The notes beneath the pieces were generated by a model. It did no database searches. It was not told the origin of the DNA and saw only the letters and a program-made list of their open reading frames with translations. The translations under genes were made by a program, and so were the position numbers. Below are positions 1-10,065 of a stretch of 64,000 nucleotides of DNA, piece after piece (position 1 is the first letter of the stretch; every line of letters begins with the position of its first letter). The stretch covers positions 4,092,376-4,156,375 of the forward strand of contig NC_068986.1 in the NCBI RefSeq assembly GCF_001194135.2, given 5' to 3'. The stretch comes from Octopus bimaculoides (lineage: Eukaryota).

Positions 1-420
1 ATATTTATACATATATATACGTACATATATATGTACACGTATATAGACACATATATACATGCATACATATATACATATATATATATACATCTATTCATAT
101 AAGTCTATACATATACATCTATATATAAACATATATACATACATATATATACATAGATATATATGTACATATATATATGCACATATAAATATGCATACAT
201 ATATTTATAATATATATACACATACATATATACATACACACATATATATGCATATACATGCATATATACATATATATACATTTAAATATATTACATCTAT
301 ATATATATATACATATATATACATATACATACATATATACATATATATATACATACATACACAGACACATATATATATATACACACATAATATATATATA
401 TGTGTGTGTATCCATGTATA
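1..420. repeat. Degenerate (TA)n/(CA)n/(TACA)n microsatellite field
   Basis: Directly visible low-complexity sequence; source of the spurious YI/HT-repeat ORFs. Confidence 0.97.
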
Positions 421-619
421 TATGTGAGATAATAGTTTCACTTTTAATTGTTTCAGTATCAATAGCGGAAGTATATCATATTGAAAGTACTAACACTGAA
501 AGTATAAAACTGAAAGTAGTATCTCACATTACAATAGAGAAGCTAATGTTTCACGTTTGACACGTAATGCTGAAACTATGTAAGAGATAAGAGATTGCTC
601 CGGACTCGCATTAAGCAAA

Positions 620-906
620 AAGTTGAAAAGTTTGGGGCTCATGATAGTGCATGTATCCTAGGTAAGACTTGGGTAAAATTTGAAAGAAATCGGTTGGTAG
701 TTCTCGAATTTTAGTGATGCACACATACAGACACACAGACAGCCACTCACACACATTCATAGTTTTACATCTATAGACTAGCAGATATACTCTTTGTTGC
801 TCGGGATTAAAATGGCATATCGGTGTGTTTTGCCAACCGACTAAGTTGCGGGAACTTAAACACAGCAACATCGATTGTCATGCGATTGTAGGAGTGCAAA
901 CACAGA

Positions 907-965
<59 letters not shown>

Positions 966-1050
966 GCACGCACACACATACATATATATGTATATATTTA
1001 TATATACATATATAAATATACACATATATCAATATCCATATATGTATATG
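620..1050 (-). mobile_element. Two short non-autonomous Helitron-like copies joined head-to-tail
   Basis: Minus strand: the copy ending ...gagcaacaaagagtatatctgCTAG (778-781) runs into a copy starting TCtatagatgtaaaac (777). The body has the aaatttgaaagaaatcggttggtagt...acacacagac motif also seen in the element at 43688-45168. Outer limits uncertain. Confidence 0.5.
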
Positions 1051-1054
1051 TATA

Positions 1055-1557
1055 CAGTGTTTCAAAAAAGATATCATTTGAGATGGTAATATTACAGAAA
1101 CTACATAGTCAAAGCAAATGAAACTGAACAGGCTTAAAATTTGAGCAAAATAAGATTTATTCCTCCAAATTTGAATGAGAAATATTAAGGCACGTAGATT
1201 CCACGAACGATTTCACAAATGTTCAATATGCGCACCGCCTGAGGCACGGCACACGCCAACTGAGTAGTCCAGCTCCTCCCAAACATTCTACAGCATGTCT
1301 TGGGTAACAGTCTCCAGTGCGGTAGTGATTCTCTGCTCGAGTTCCTCTAGGTGTGCAGGAAGAGGGGGGGGGCATAGACCAGTCTCATGTTTGGGCTTTC
1401 ACTTGTCATCTGCCGTTATGGCCTGAACGACCTGCAGCTTGTAGGGTTTCATTAGCAAGCGTTTCCTCAGGACGCGCCAAACTATCGTTGAAGGAATCTG
1501 GGTTTCCAGACTTGTTCTTCTTATGGACTTCTTGGGGCTTCGCAAGAGTTTTTGGCG
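1055..1557 (-). mobile_element. Internally deleted Tc1/mariner transposon, DD41D (rosa/Visitor)-like
   Basis: Manual minus-strand translation gives RSPKKSIRRTSLETQIPSTIVWRVLRKRLLMKPYKLQVVQAI and the C-terminus EELEQRITTALETVTQDML*NVWEELDYSVGVCRASGGAHIEHL*, typical of this group. End TA|CAGTGTTTCAAAAAAG at 1053-1070. Runs into an N gap. Confidence 0.8.
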
Positions 1558-2401
1558 NNNNNNNNNNNNNNNNNNNNNNNNNNNNNNNNNNNNNNNNNNN
1601 NNNNNNNNNNNNNNNNNNNNNNNNNNNNNNNNNNNNNNNNNNNNNNNNNNNNNNNNNNNNNNNNNNNNNNNNNNNNNNNNNNNNNNNNNNNNNNNNNNNN
1701 NNNNNNNNNNNNNNNNNNNNNNNNNNNNNNNNNNNNNNNNNNNNNNNNNNNNNNNNNNNNNNNNNNNNNNNNNNNNNNNNNNNNNNNNNNNNNNNNNNNN
1801 NNNNNNNNNNNNNNNNNNNNNNNNNNNNNNNNNNNNNNNNNNNNNNNNNNNNNNNNNNNNNNNNNNNNNNNNNNNNNNNNNNNNNNNNNNNNNNNNNNNN
1901 NNNNNNNNNNNNNNNNNNNNNNNNNNNNNNNNNNNNNNNNNNNNNNNNNNNNNNNNNNNNNNNNNNNNNNNNNNNNNNNNNNNNNNNNNNNNNNNNNNNN
2001 NNNNNNNNNNNNNNNNNNNNNNNNNNNNNNNNNNNNNNNNNNNNNNNNNNNNNNNNNNNNNNNNNNNNNNNNNNNNNNNNNNNNNNNNNNNNNNNNNNNN
2101 NNNNNNNNNNNNNNNNNNNNNNNNNNNNNNNNNNNNNNNNNNNNNNNNNNNNNNNNNNNNNNNNNNNNNNNNNNNNNNNNNNNNNNNNNNNNNNNNNNNN
2201 NNNNNNNNNNNNNNNNNNNNNNNNNNNNNNNNNNNNNNNNNNNNNNNNNNNNNNNNNNNNNNNNNNNNNNNNNNNNNNNNNNNNNNNNNNNNNNNNNNNN
2301 NNNNNNNNNNNNNNNNNNNNNNNNNNNNNNNNNNNNNNNNNNNNNNNNNNNNNNNNNNNNNNNNNNNNNNNNNNNNNNNNNNNNNNNNNNNNNNNNNNNN
2401 N
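1558..2401. other. Assembly gap (N run); further gaps near 5.1-5.5, 39.2-39.4, 50.7-50.8, 53.1, 54.8, 55.3-55.5 and 55.9 kb
   Basis: N characters. ORFs spanning them are artefacts. Confidence 0.99.
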
Positions 2402-2623
2402 GGTTCTTTTCCCTAAAACTATATATTTATATATATATATGTATATATATAAATATATATTTTTTATAGAAAGTTAAAGAAGTGATGTTTAAATTCTCAA
2501 TCGCAGGATAATGCTAATAATATAGCCTGAACAGGATAAACTATCCCTATTTTTGCAGAGAAAAGTGTAGGTGGCCAGCTATGGACTCGAACTCACATCC
2601 CCGACATTACATGTGACGATGCT

Positions 2624-3430
2624 TCTGTAGTTTCACCAATGTCATTTTTGCGATGCGTGGTTTGGCGTTTTCTTGCAATAAAATAGGTTCTGCATCGTTT
2701 GGTCCAGTTGGCTGCAGTATACTTCGGCCGTTATTGGTAAGCCAGGTTTAATGAAATCATAATGGTTACCACCTGCGCTAGACCACCAAACACACACCAT
2801 CAGCTTCTTTTGATGAATTCTGCTTTTTGGACTGTGTTTTGGTGGCTTGTCTTTGTCAAACCATTGTGCTGAACGTTTACGGTTGTTGTATTGGATCCAT
2901 TTCTCATCACATGTTACAATTCGATTAAAAAATGATACATTTTTGTGACGAGAAAGTAGCATAACGCAGGCTTCCAAACGTTGCTGTTTCTGATTTTGAT
3001 TGAGTTCATGTTGAACCCAATTATCTAACTTTTTCACTTCACCGATTTGAACTAGGTGAGTCGATATTGTTTGCTTGCTAACACCAAGCAACAATGATAA
3101 TTCATGAGCACTTTGGGATGGATCTGACTCGACGACGGTGGCTTTCGGTTCGTCATTATCCACCTTTGTTTCTGGTCGACCGCGTTGCTCATTTGTGAAA
3201 TCAAAGTTACCAGAACGATATTTTGCAAACCAATTTGATACTGTCGGCTGTGTAATAACATTAGAATGAAATACTCCATTATTATTCCGAGCTGTCTGTG
3301 ATGCTGTGTTTCAAAGAAAGAACTCATTTCAAAATCCTACGAATTTCCGACTTATCCATCTCCAAACAAAAATAGCAAAAAACGATTTATAAATACTTTA
3401 TAAAGTGCAAAATGCGTTAGGATAAATGAA
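2624..3430 (-). mobile_element. Mariner (DD34D) transposase pseudogene, 5' two-thirds
   Basis: ORF 2642-3163 has the WVQHEL (WVPHEL-like) linker, RIVTCDEKWIQYNN (first catalytic D) and KKLMVCVWW. Confidence 0.92.
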
Positions 3431-3557
3431 TAGAGGCGTCAGCTTTCTAACAAAAGAAATAAAGATTGTCAAAATATAATAATGACGCAAAATGAGCAGC
3501 AGTAAAATTTTATAAAATGCCTTACTACAATTTCCATAATTGACGACCTCATAAATT

Positions 3558-3575
3558 GTACACACACACACACAC

Positions 3576-3647
<72 letters not shown>

Positions 3648-3809
3648 ATATATATATATGTACATATATATACATACACACACACATATATATATATGTA
3701 TACATGTATATGTATATAAATATATATCTATATATATACATGTATATATATGTATATATACATGTATATATATATATATACATGTGTCTATATGTATATA
3801 TATATACAC

Positions 3810-3845
<36 letters not shown>

Positions 3846-3880
3846 GCTGTATATATTTATATACATCTATATACATGCTA
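3558..3880. repeat. (CA)n/(TA)n microsatellite
   Basis: Directly visible. Confidence 0.97.
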
Positions 3881-4419
3881 CTATACTTAGATCTTTCCTA
3901 AAACGCTGAGAAAATGTAGTTGAATAAGGTTAAAATTCGTCCATGAGTGCATATCTTGAAATCATTTGTCACCCTTTACAATTTCTGAACGCCCAACAAT
4001 CTGTAACCTGCAATGCAAGCCTCTATTTATATTTTAGTGGAAATTTACGCCTCGTGATCGATTACGGTTTTAATCACGCTTCAGTCAAACTTTCTTTTTT
4101 GTTTTTTTCCTTTATCTTTCAGAGAGACGGGTAGGCTGTATAACCTTTTGTGTGAATACTGCCTTTCCATTGAACAAAAATTTTGTATATTTTTATGTAC
4201 AAAGCTCAAATTATTTTGTATGTTACGCCATTCTTGCATGATATGTCGATGAGCTAAAAAATAACGTGGGACGATGAACAGAAATTGTTTAATGTTACTT
4301 GTTCTCAGAAACGCATGGTTTCATTTTACGAAAACACACTAAATAATGATGACTCAGTATTTTCTGTCTTCCACTTATTCTAAAAATAGAAAGGGTGTTG
4401 TCTCGTAAGATGGTGAGGG

Positions 4420-4755
4420 AGACGTTCTGAAACGATCACTCTGATTCACTAGCCCCGCACTTGCGGATAGCATTCTTCGCTTCAGTAGCTGCGTGCAGGG
4501 GTGTACCGTTGGATCCAAGAACGCTGGAGGTATCCATTGCCACAGGCTCAACCAGAAATCTGTCAGCGATCAACCAATACTATAACAGTTTGCCGTTCTC
4601 GGCCCGATAAGCAGTGAAGCCTGGGCTGGAAGTTGGACATACCAAGTTGCCGTCGCATCATGTGGCATCCCAGATAAGGGACCTCTCACCGTGGAAAATT
4701 GTCGTACAATGTGGCTTTCTGCCGTTCATTGGATCTAGCTCTGCTTGCTCTAGAT
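4420..4755 (-). mobile_element. CRE-clade non-LTR remnant (restriction-like endonuclease region)
   Basis: Minus translation with frameshifts and stops: GRKPHCTTIF..RSLIWDAT*C...AENGKLL*Y...RFLVEPVAMDTSSVLG, parallel to the better preserved copy at 45391-46110. Confidence 0.65.
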
Positions 4756-5519
4756 TGGAAAGAAAGTCTGCAGTATTGGACGATTACTTATAATGAAATA
4801 ACATTTAGATTTTCCACATAATTTTACAATCTTTAAAATCGCTTTGCAAAATGTAACAAATGTAAGTTAACTAATCGTCCACATTTCTCTATACATATAC
4901 ATACAGGTACATATACATAACACACACACACACGCACACGCACGCACACACAGAGAGAGACAAAAATATACATGTGAATGTGTGTAGGTACATATATATA
5001 TATATAGATAGATATATATGTGTATATATGCGTATATATAGTTGCATATATGTGTGTGTGTATGTATGAAGATATATATATATATATATATATANNNNNN
5101 NNNNNNNNNNNNNNNNNNNNNNNNNNNNNNNNNNNNNNNNNNNNNNNNNNNNNNNNNNNNNNNNNNNNNNNNNNNNNNNNNNNNNNNNNNNNNNNNNNNN
5201 NNNNNNNNNNNNNNNNNNNNNNNNNNNNNNNNNNNNNNNNNNNNNNNNNNNNNNNNNNNNNNNNNNNNNNNNNNNNNNNNNNNNNNNNNNNNNNNNNNNN
5301 NNNNNNNNNNNNNNNNNNNNNNNNNNNNNNNNNNNNNNNNNNNNNNNNNNNNNNNNNNNNNNNNNNNNNNNNNNNNNNNNNNNNNNNNNNNNNNNNNNNN
5401 NNNNNNNNNNNNNNNNNNNNNNNNNNNNNNNNNNNNNNNNNNNNNNNNNNNNNNNNNNNNNNNNNNNNNNNNNNNNNNNNNNNNNNNNNNNNNNNNNNAG
5501 AGAGAGCTAGAGAGAGAGA

Positions 5520-7610
5520 GAAGAGCAGAGGAAAACATAAAAACAAATCCCAAAGCTTTCTATAAATTTGCAAAGGAAACAGCCACAATACAATATTAAA
5601 TAGGACCATTGTCCTATTTTATATAGGAATGACTCACTGACCACGAACCCAAGAAGGATAAGTGAGACAGTCGGTGAACAATTTAAAAGTGTCTTCACCT
5701 CCCCTCTGCGACACATGCAGATAAAAATAATTCTTTCACATTGTAACCCTAAAGAAGAAGGCGTTGACCATCGATTACATCAACATTTAGAAGACAGATG
5801 TAAGAGTGGCCATAGATGAAATGAGCTCAAGCTCGGCAACTGGTCCCGATAACTTCCCAGTTATACTCTCGAAGTCATGTAAGTAGGTTTTAGTGAAACT
5901 CCATCAAATACTTTTTCAGAGTTTCTTTGCAAGTGGTAAACTTCCTAAAAAGCTAAAAGAAGGCGTCATATGCCCTATCCACAAAGGTAGGAGTAAAGCG
6001 TAGGCCAAAAGCTACAGGCCAACCTCTCTGACTTCACATATCAGTAAAGTCATGGAACAAATCGCCAGAAAGAGACTGATAATGTTCCTAGAAGAAAATG
6101 ATATAATGAACAATACACAGCATGATTTTCATCCAGGAAGAAGCTGCCTCGCACAGCTCTTGCAGCACTATGACTGGGTTTTGAAACAGCTGCTTGATCA
6201 TTTAGATGTCAGTGTGATATACCTTGACTTTGTATAGGCATTTGATAAGGTAGATTACGGCATGACATGTCATAAGCTGCGAGGCCCTGGCATTGCTGGT
6301 AAACTGGGAGAGTGACTGCATGACTTCCCTAGCGACAGAATTAAGGTACATTAAGGCGGCGAGCTGGCATGATCGTTAGCACGCCGGGCGAAATGCTTAG
6401 CGGTATTTCGTCTGCCGCTACGTTCTAAGTTCAAATTCCGCCGAGGTCGACTTTACCTTTCATCTTTATGGGATCGATAAATTAAGTACCAGTTACGCAC
6501 TAGGGTCGATGTAATCGACTTAATCCCTTTGTCTGTTCTTGTTTGTCCACTCTATGTTTAGCCCCTTGTGGGCAATAAAGAAATAAGAATTAGGTAGTTG
6601 CAGCCAACGGTGCCCTTTCTGAGGGAATTCAAATCTTAAGTGGCGTCCTCCAGGGATCTGTTTGGGGCCATTACTGCCCATAATAATTCTATTAAACATG
6701 CCCATGGTCACTCGAACAGCCACTGTCACTAGCTAAAACGATGATACAAAATTACCACAAACAATATGCAAATGGGTCGAAGTAAGCAACATGCAGTTTA
6801 ATGCTGGAAAACTTCAAGCATTGCACTATCAACTCACGAATGCACTACAGCCTACATATGCAGGACTCAAAGACATTGCAATCTGAGAGTCATAGGCATT
6901 GAAAGACTTGGGGATAGGTATGTGCAATGATGCATCGTTTTATATGCCCATTACCAAGATGGCAGCAAAGTGCAGACAACTGGCAGGATGAATACTAAGG
7001 TCTTTCAAAACAAGAAGCTATGTTGACCCTGTGGCGAACCTTTGTCCTCAGCCGTATGAACTACTGCTCCCAGCTATGGTCACCACATAGGGCCAAACTA
7101 ACAACAGAGCTTGAAGCAGTCCAACGCTACTACATCAAATCGATTGAAACAGTGCAGCGGATGAACTACTGGTAGAGGCTGAAAAAACTGCAACTTTACT
7201 TCCTGAAGCGAAGATGTGACAGATTTGTAATAATCTCTATATAGAAAAGTCTAGAAGGGATAGTACCTAATATCGGCATTGAGTGTTATACAAATGCAAG
7301 AACTGGATGCCATTGTATTGTACCAAAGGTACCAACCACTACATCTAAATTCAGGACTATTGCAATAGTCTAGGGTTCAAAGGCCCACAGTTCTTCCATG
7401 CCCTGCCACAAAAATTAAGAAATCTGCATACGGTGGAAGTAGATGTTTTGAAAAAAGAACTAGACATCCTCCTCTTCAGAGTACCAGATAAACCAGCGGC
7501 CCATGTAGTACAGACGAGGGCAGCGGAATCAAACTCCTTTATGCAACAAATGGGTCAACAGCTGGGACAAAGGCACATACAGGAGTGGTAATGTGAAACA
7601 TCCCAGACTG
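5520..7610 (+). mobile_element. 5'-truncated, degenerate CR1/L2-group LINE (RT to 3' end)
   Basis: Fragments AEENIKTNPKAFYKF, YRPTSLTSHISKVMEQI, GRSCLAQLL, VIYLDFV*AFDKVD, SGVLQGSVWGPLL, decayed (YA)DDTK and ELEAVQR. Interrupted by a SINE. Confidence 0.88.
6349..6585 (+). mobile_element. tRNA-derived SINE (family A, aaggcggcgagctggca...) inserted in the CR1-like LINE
   Basis: TSD agaatta(a)ggta at 6337-6348 and 6586-6596; the LINE frame resumes after it. Central motif cctttcatc...gtcgataaattaagtaccag recurs in more than 10 copies in the window. Confidence 0.9.
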
Positions 7611-7624
7611 AGGTAATCAGCAAA

Positions 7625-7700
7625 ACCTACTGTTGTGCTCCAGCATGACCGCAACCGCACGGCTGAAAAGAATAAAAGAATAAAAGAATAAAAGAGTAAA
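7625..7700 (+). mobile_element. 3' tail of SINE family B
   Basis: gtgctccagcatgaccgca...ctgaaaagaataaaagaataaaag matches the tail of the full copy at 56450-56835 and a fragment near 33180-33225. Confidence 0.6.
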
Positions 7701-7879
7701 CAAGAGAGACAGAGACAGGCAGAAATAAGGAAGATTATGGAAATATTCTTTTAAAAAACTTTTCATTTAATTTTTCCAAAATTTAATTGTTTTTCATACT
7801 TAGAGTTGAAAATGTCTCAATGACTGAAACCGGTACTGAAATGCTTTTATGATAAAATTATTTTAGCATTTTCTACCTT

Positions 7880-8115
7880 GACTTTTTTCCTTAAGCCATG
7901 ATAGATCGTTGACCAAAGACTATTCAATTTTTTTCTCCAAATTATTTTTCTCCGTGTTTTTCTCCTTGTTTTCTCCGTATTCTTTCTGTTGAAGAGCGTA
8001 GCTCGAGACGTTAAAGACTGTCTGTATTCCCGAGCGTCATACTAATACATCCTTTTGTTGTTTACACCACCTGTCCTCGTCTGTTGTTTTTTTTTTTTCG
8101 TACATTCTCCCATAT
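7880..8115 (+). mobile_element. Solo 3' terminal region (pseudo-LTR) of a Neptune-type Penelope-like element
   Basis: Aligns by eye with 51085-51270 (ccatgataga..., tttctgttgaagagc, tttgttgtttacac), which follows a PLE GIY-YIG fragment. Ends in (TA)n. Confidence 0.7.
7981..8017 (+). ncRNA. Minimal hammerhead-like fold, variant core, degenerate copy
   Basis: Stem I TCTTT/AAAGA; core CTGTTGA+A; stem II GAGC-gta-GCTC; GAGAC (GAAAC in the other copy); GTT. Confidence 0.5.
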
Positions 8116-8117
8116 AC

Positions 8118-8148
<31 letters not shown>

Positions 8149-8744
8149 GACTCCTACATAACTTACATTAGTTACATTTAGGGACATTATTAAATGATTC
8201 ACATAAGTTAAATTTTACTTGAATTTAGTAGATGGAAAATAGAAACGTTTGAGCCGTTATTTTGAAGTCAATGTAATTTGCACAAGTTCTGTAATAGAAG
8301 GTGTCAATACTTATTGTCTTTTCAGAAAATGAAATCAAGTGTAGCTAACAAAAAATTTTATTTCTCAAGGTTGTTGATATATTCAAGAATGACGTTGTAT
8401 ACAAAAGAAATTTGGGTGTTGTACGCAATTTTGTTTATTCAATAAAGAGTATTCACTCATAAATTAATATGATTCACACTGACATTAGAAAATTGAGTAA
8501 GACAGATGAATCGCATTTAGGTAAAGAAATATTTTAGGACAGCGAATTGGATGTCCACAGTTCAAACTGGTCGGCTACACAAACCACAAAATTTGTTACC
8601 TACTCAATCCATTTAGATTGGACCTGTAGACAGAGAGCCGGTTAGTGGAAGTTGAACGGTCCTTACTGGCACGCAAAGACTACAGGGACCGGATTACTAA
8701 ACATATTAAGCGACAGTTGACGGGGTAATCGTCAACAACCAGTG

Positions 8745-8799
8745 ACATACATGCATACATACATACATACATACATACATACATACATGCATGCATACA

Positions 8800-8830
<31 letters not shown>
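8745..8830. repeat. (CATA)n microsatellite
   Basis: Directly visible. Confidence 0.95.
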
Positions 8831-8831
<1 letters not shown>

Positions 8832-9250
8832 CTAGGTCGTTGAGTATGAAATTTATAGAAAAGAAAAAAGTTTGCTAATGTTTTATAAATACAAGGAATA
8901 GTTTTATTCATCAAAGTATGCACCCATATTGTCAATACACTTTTGTCATTTCAACGGTAGCTTGTCCAGCCTAGAACTGTAAAAGCCTGGCAATCTAGAG
9001 TCAATAAAATCTTGGAAGGCCTGTTTTACAGCATCGTCGGAATTAATTATTTTTTTTCCTATCAAGGAGTTATCCAAATTCTGGAAGAAGTGGTAGTCAG
9101 TGGGAGCAAGATCTCATGAGTACGGTGGATGATGGAGAACTTCCAGCTCCAACTTCTGTAGTTTCACCAATGTCATTTTTTGTGATGTGTGGTTTGGTGT
9201 TTCCTTGCAATGAAATAGGAATGGATCTGTTGACCAATCTAGTCTGTTTT
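8832..9250 (-). mobile_element. Mariner 3' fragment, same family as 2624-3430
   Basis: Minus translation MTLVKLQKLELEVLHHPPYS*DLAPTDYHFFQNLDNSL (YSPDLAPxD motif). About 65 bp near 9152-9220 closely match 2624-2688. Confidence 0.88.
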
Positions 9251-9355
9251 TTTCAGACCGAGTGCAGATATGAATAGCATATGGGAACCGGTATTGAGGA
9301 AGGATAGAAAAATAATAGATTTATAAGCCTTAAAATTCACCCCCATAATTGCCCA

Positions 9356-9431
9356 CGGGCATATGGAGTAGTGGTTAAGAGCGCGGGCTACTAACCCCAA
9401 GGTTCCGAGTTCGATTCACGGCAGCGACCTG
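9356..9431 (+). promoter_or_regulatory. tRNA-like Pol III cassette inside the PLE terminal region
   Basis: A box TGGAGTAGTGG (9364-9374), B box GAGTTCGATTC (9407-9417), anticodon-loop-like CTACTAA (9388-9394). Stems are poor, so it is not a functional tRNA gene. Resembles tRNA-Asn around GGCT..TAACC..AAGGTT (by eye). Confidence 0.65.
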
Positions 9432-9447
9432 ATTGATAATAATAATA

Positions 9448-9482
<35 letters not shown>

Positions 9483-9526
9483 GTAACATCGATAGGAATG
9501 AGAACCCAGGTTCGAAATTTCCCCAA

Positions 9527-9572
9527 GACACCTGACGAAGGCTGGAGGGTATATCAGCCGAAACGTTGTGTT
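9527..9572 (+). ncRNA. Minimal type I hammerhead ribozyme
   Basis: Stem I GACAC/GTGTT; core CTGACGA+A; stem II GGCTG-10 nt-CAGCC; GAAAC; GTT triplet; palindromic AACGTT helix III. A degraded copy lies at 26226-26270. Confidence 0.75.
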
Positions 9573-9670
9573 AACAACAAACAAGATGAGGACGAATAAC
9601 CGTCAAATGTAAATAATGTAAATAATGTAAATAATTCCTCATCTCTTAAATATATATATATATATACACG

Positions 9671-10065
9671 CTATATCAAATTTCTGAGCGAAATATAAAC
9701 ATCGTAACATATAATTACCATCCGATAGTGACGTCCTATACAGGACAGTGCTACTGATGTTTATATCCCTAGGAAGACATCTCTTCCAGCTGGCTAACGA
9801 CACACATTCTGTGTCCGATTAGTACTTGCGACGGGAGGTCATCGCTCCCACCTCTAGCCTTACGTGATACACACGGACTCGAGTTTCTTGATGGTTACCT
9901 ATCCTCAGCGTGTGTTAATCACCAGCTAGTGATGAAAACTCATTCCACTCACAAAATACTGTATGCTTTTTCCTGCGACAAACTGTCGTTGATCTCAAAA
10001 CGGGAGAAATAAGGTATATTAAATCTCTGAGCGAGATATAAAGAGTGGCAATTATATGTTACGAT
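9671..10065 (-). mobile_element. Putative non-autonomous Helentron/Helitron2-like element
   Basis: 20-bp inverted repeat at 9701-9720 and 10046-10065 (1 mismatch), placed asymmetrically, with the same hairpin beside each repeat. Confidence 0.45.

Larger units (their letters stand above)
9254..9650 (+). mobile_element. 3' terminal region of a Penelope/Poseidon-type PLE (solo copy)
   Basis: Matches the sequence downstream of the GIY-YIG ORF in the copies at 24205-24420 (minus) and 26020-26320 (plus). Contains a tRNA-like segment, (AAT)n, a hammerhead and a tgtaaataa triplication. Confidence 0.85.

Noticed and set aside
59-560. ORFs rich in YI, HT, CV, ER or X (here and at 3.5, 5, 17.7, 39, 53, 55 and 61.7 kb)
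   Set aside because: Translations of microsatellites or N gaps.
7795-7845. Third hammerhead-like motif (ttgaaaa...gtc/gac...GAAACCGGTA)
   Set aside because: Core has two mismatches and stem I does not pair in this copy.
9356-9431. Functional tRNA gene
   Set aside because: Acceptor and anticodon stems are poorly paired and it is embedded in a multi-copy element; kept only as a tRNA-like cassette.
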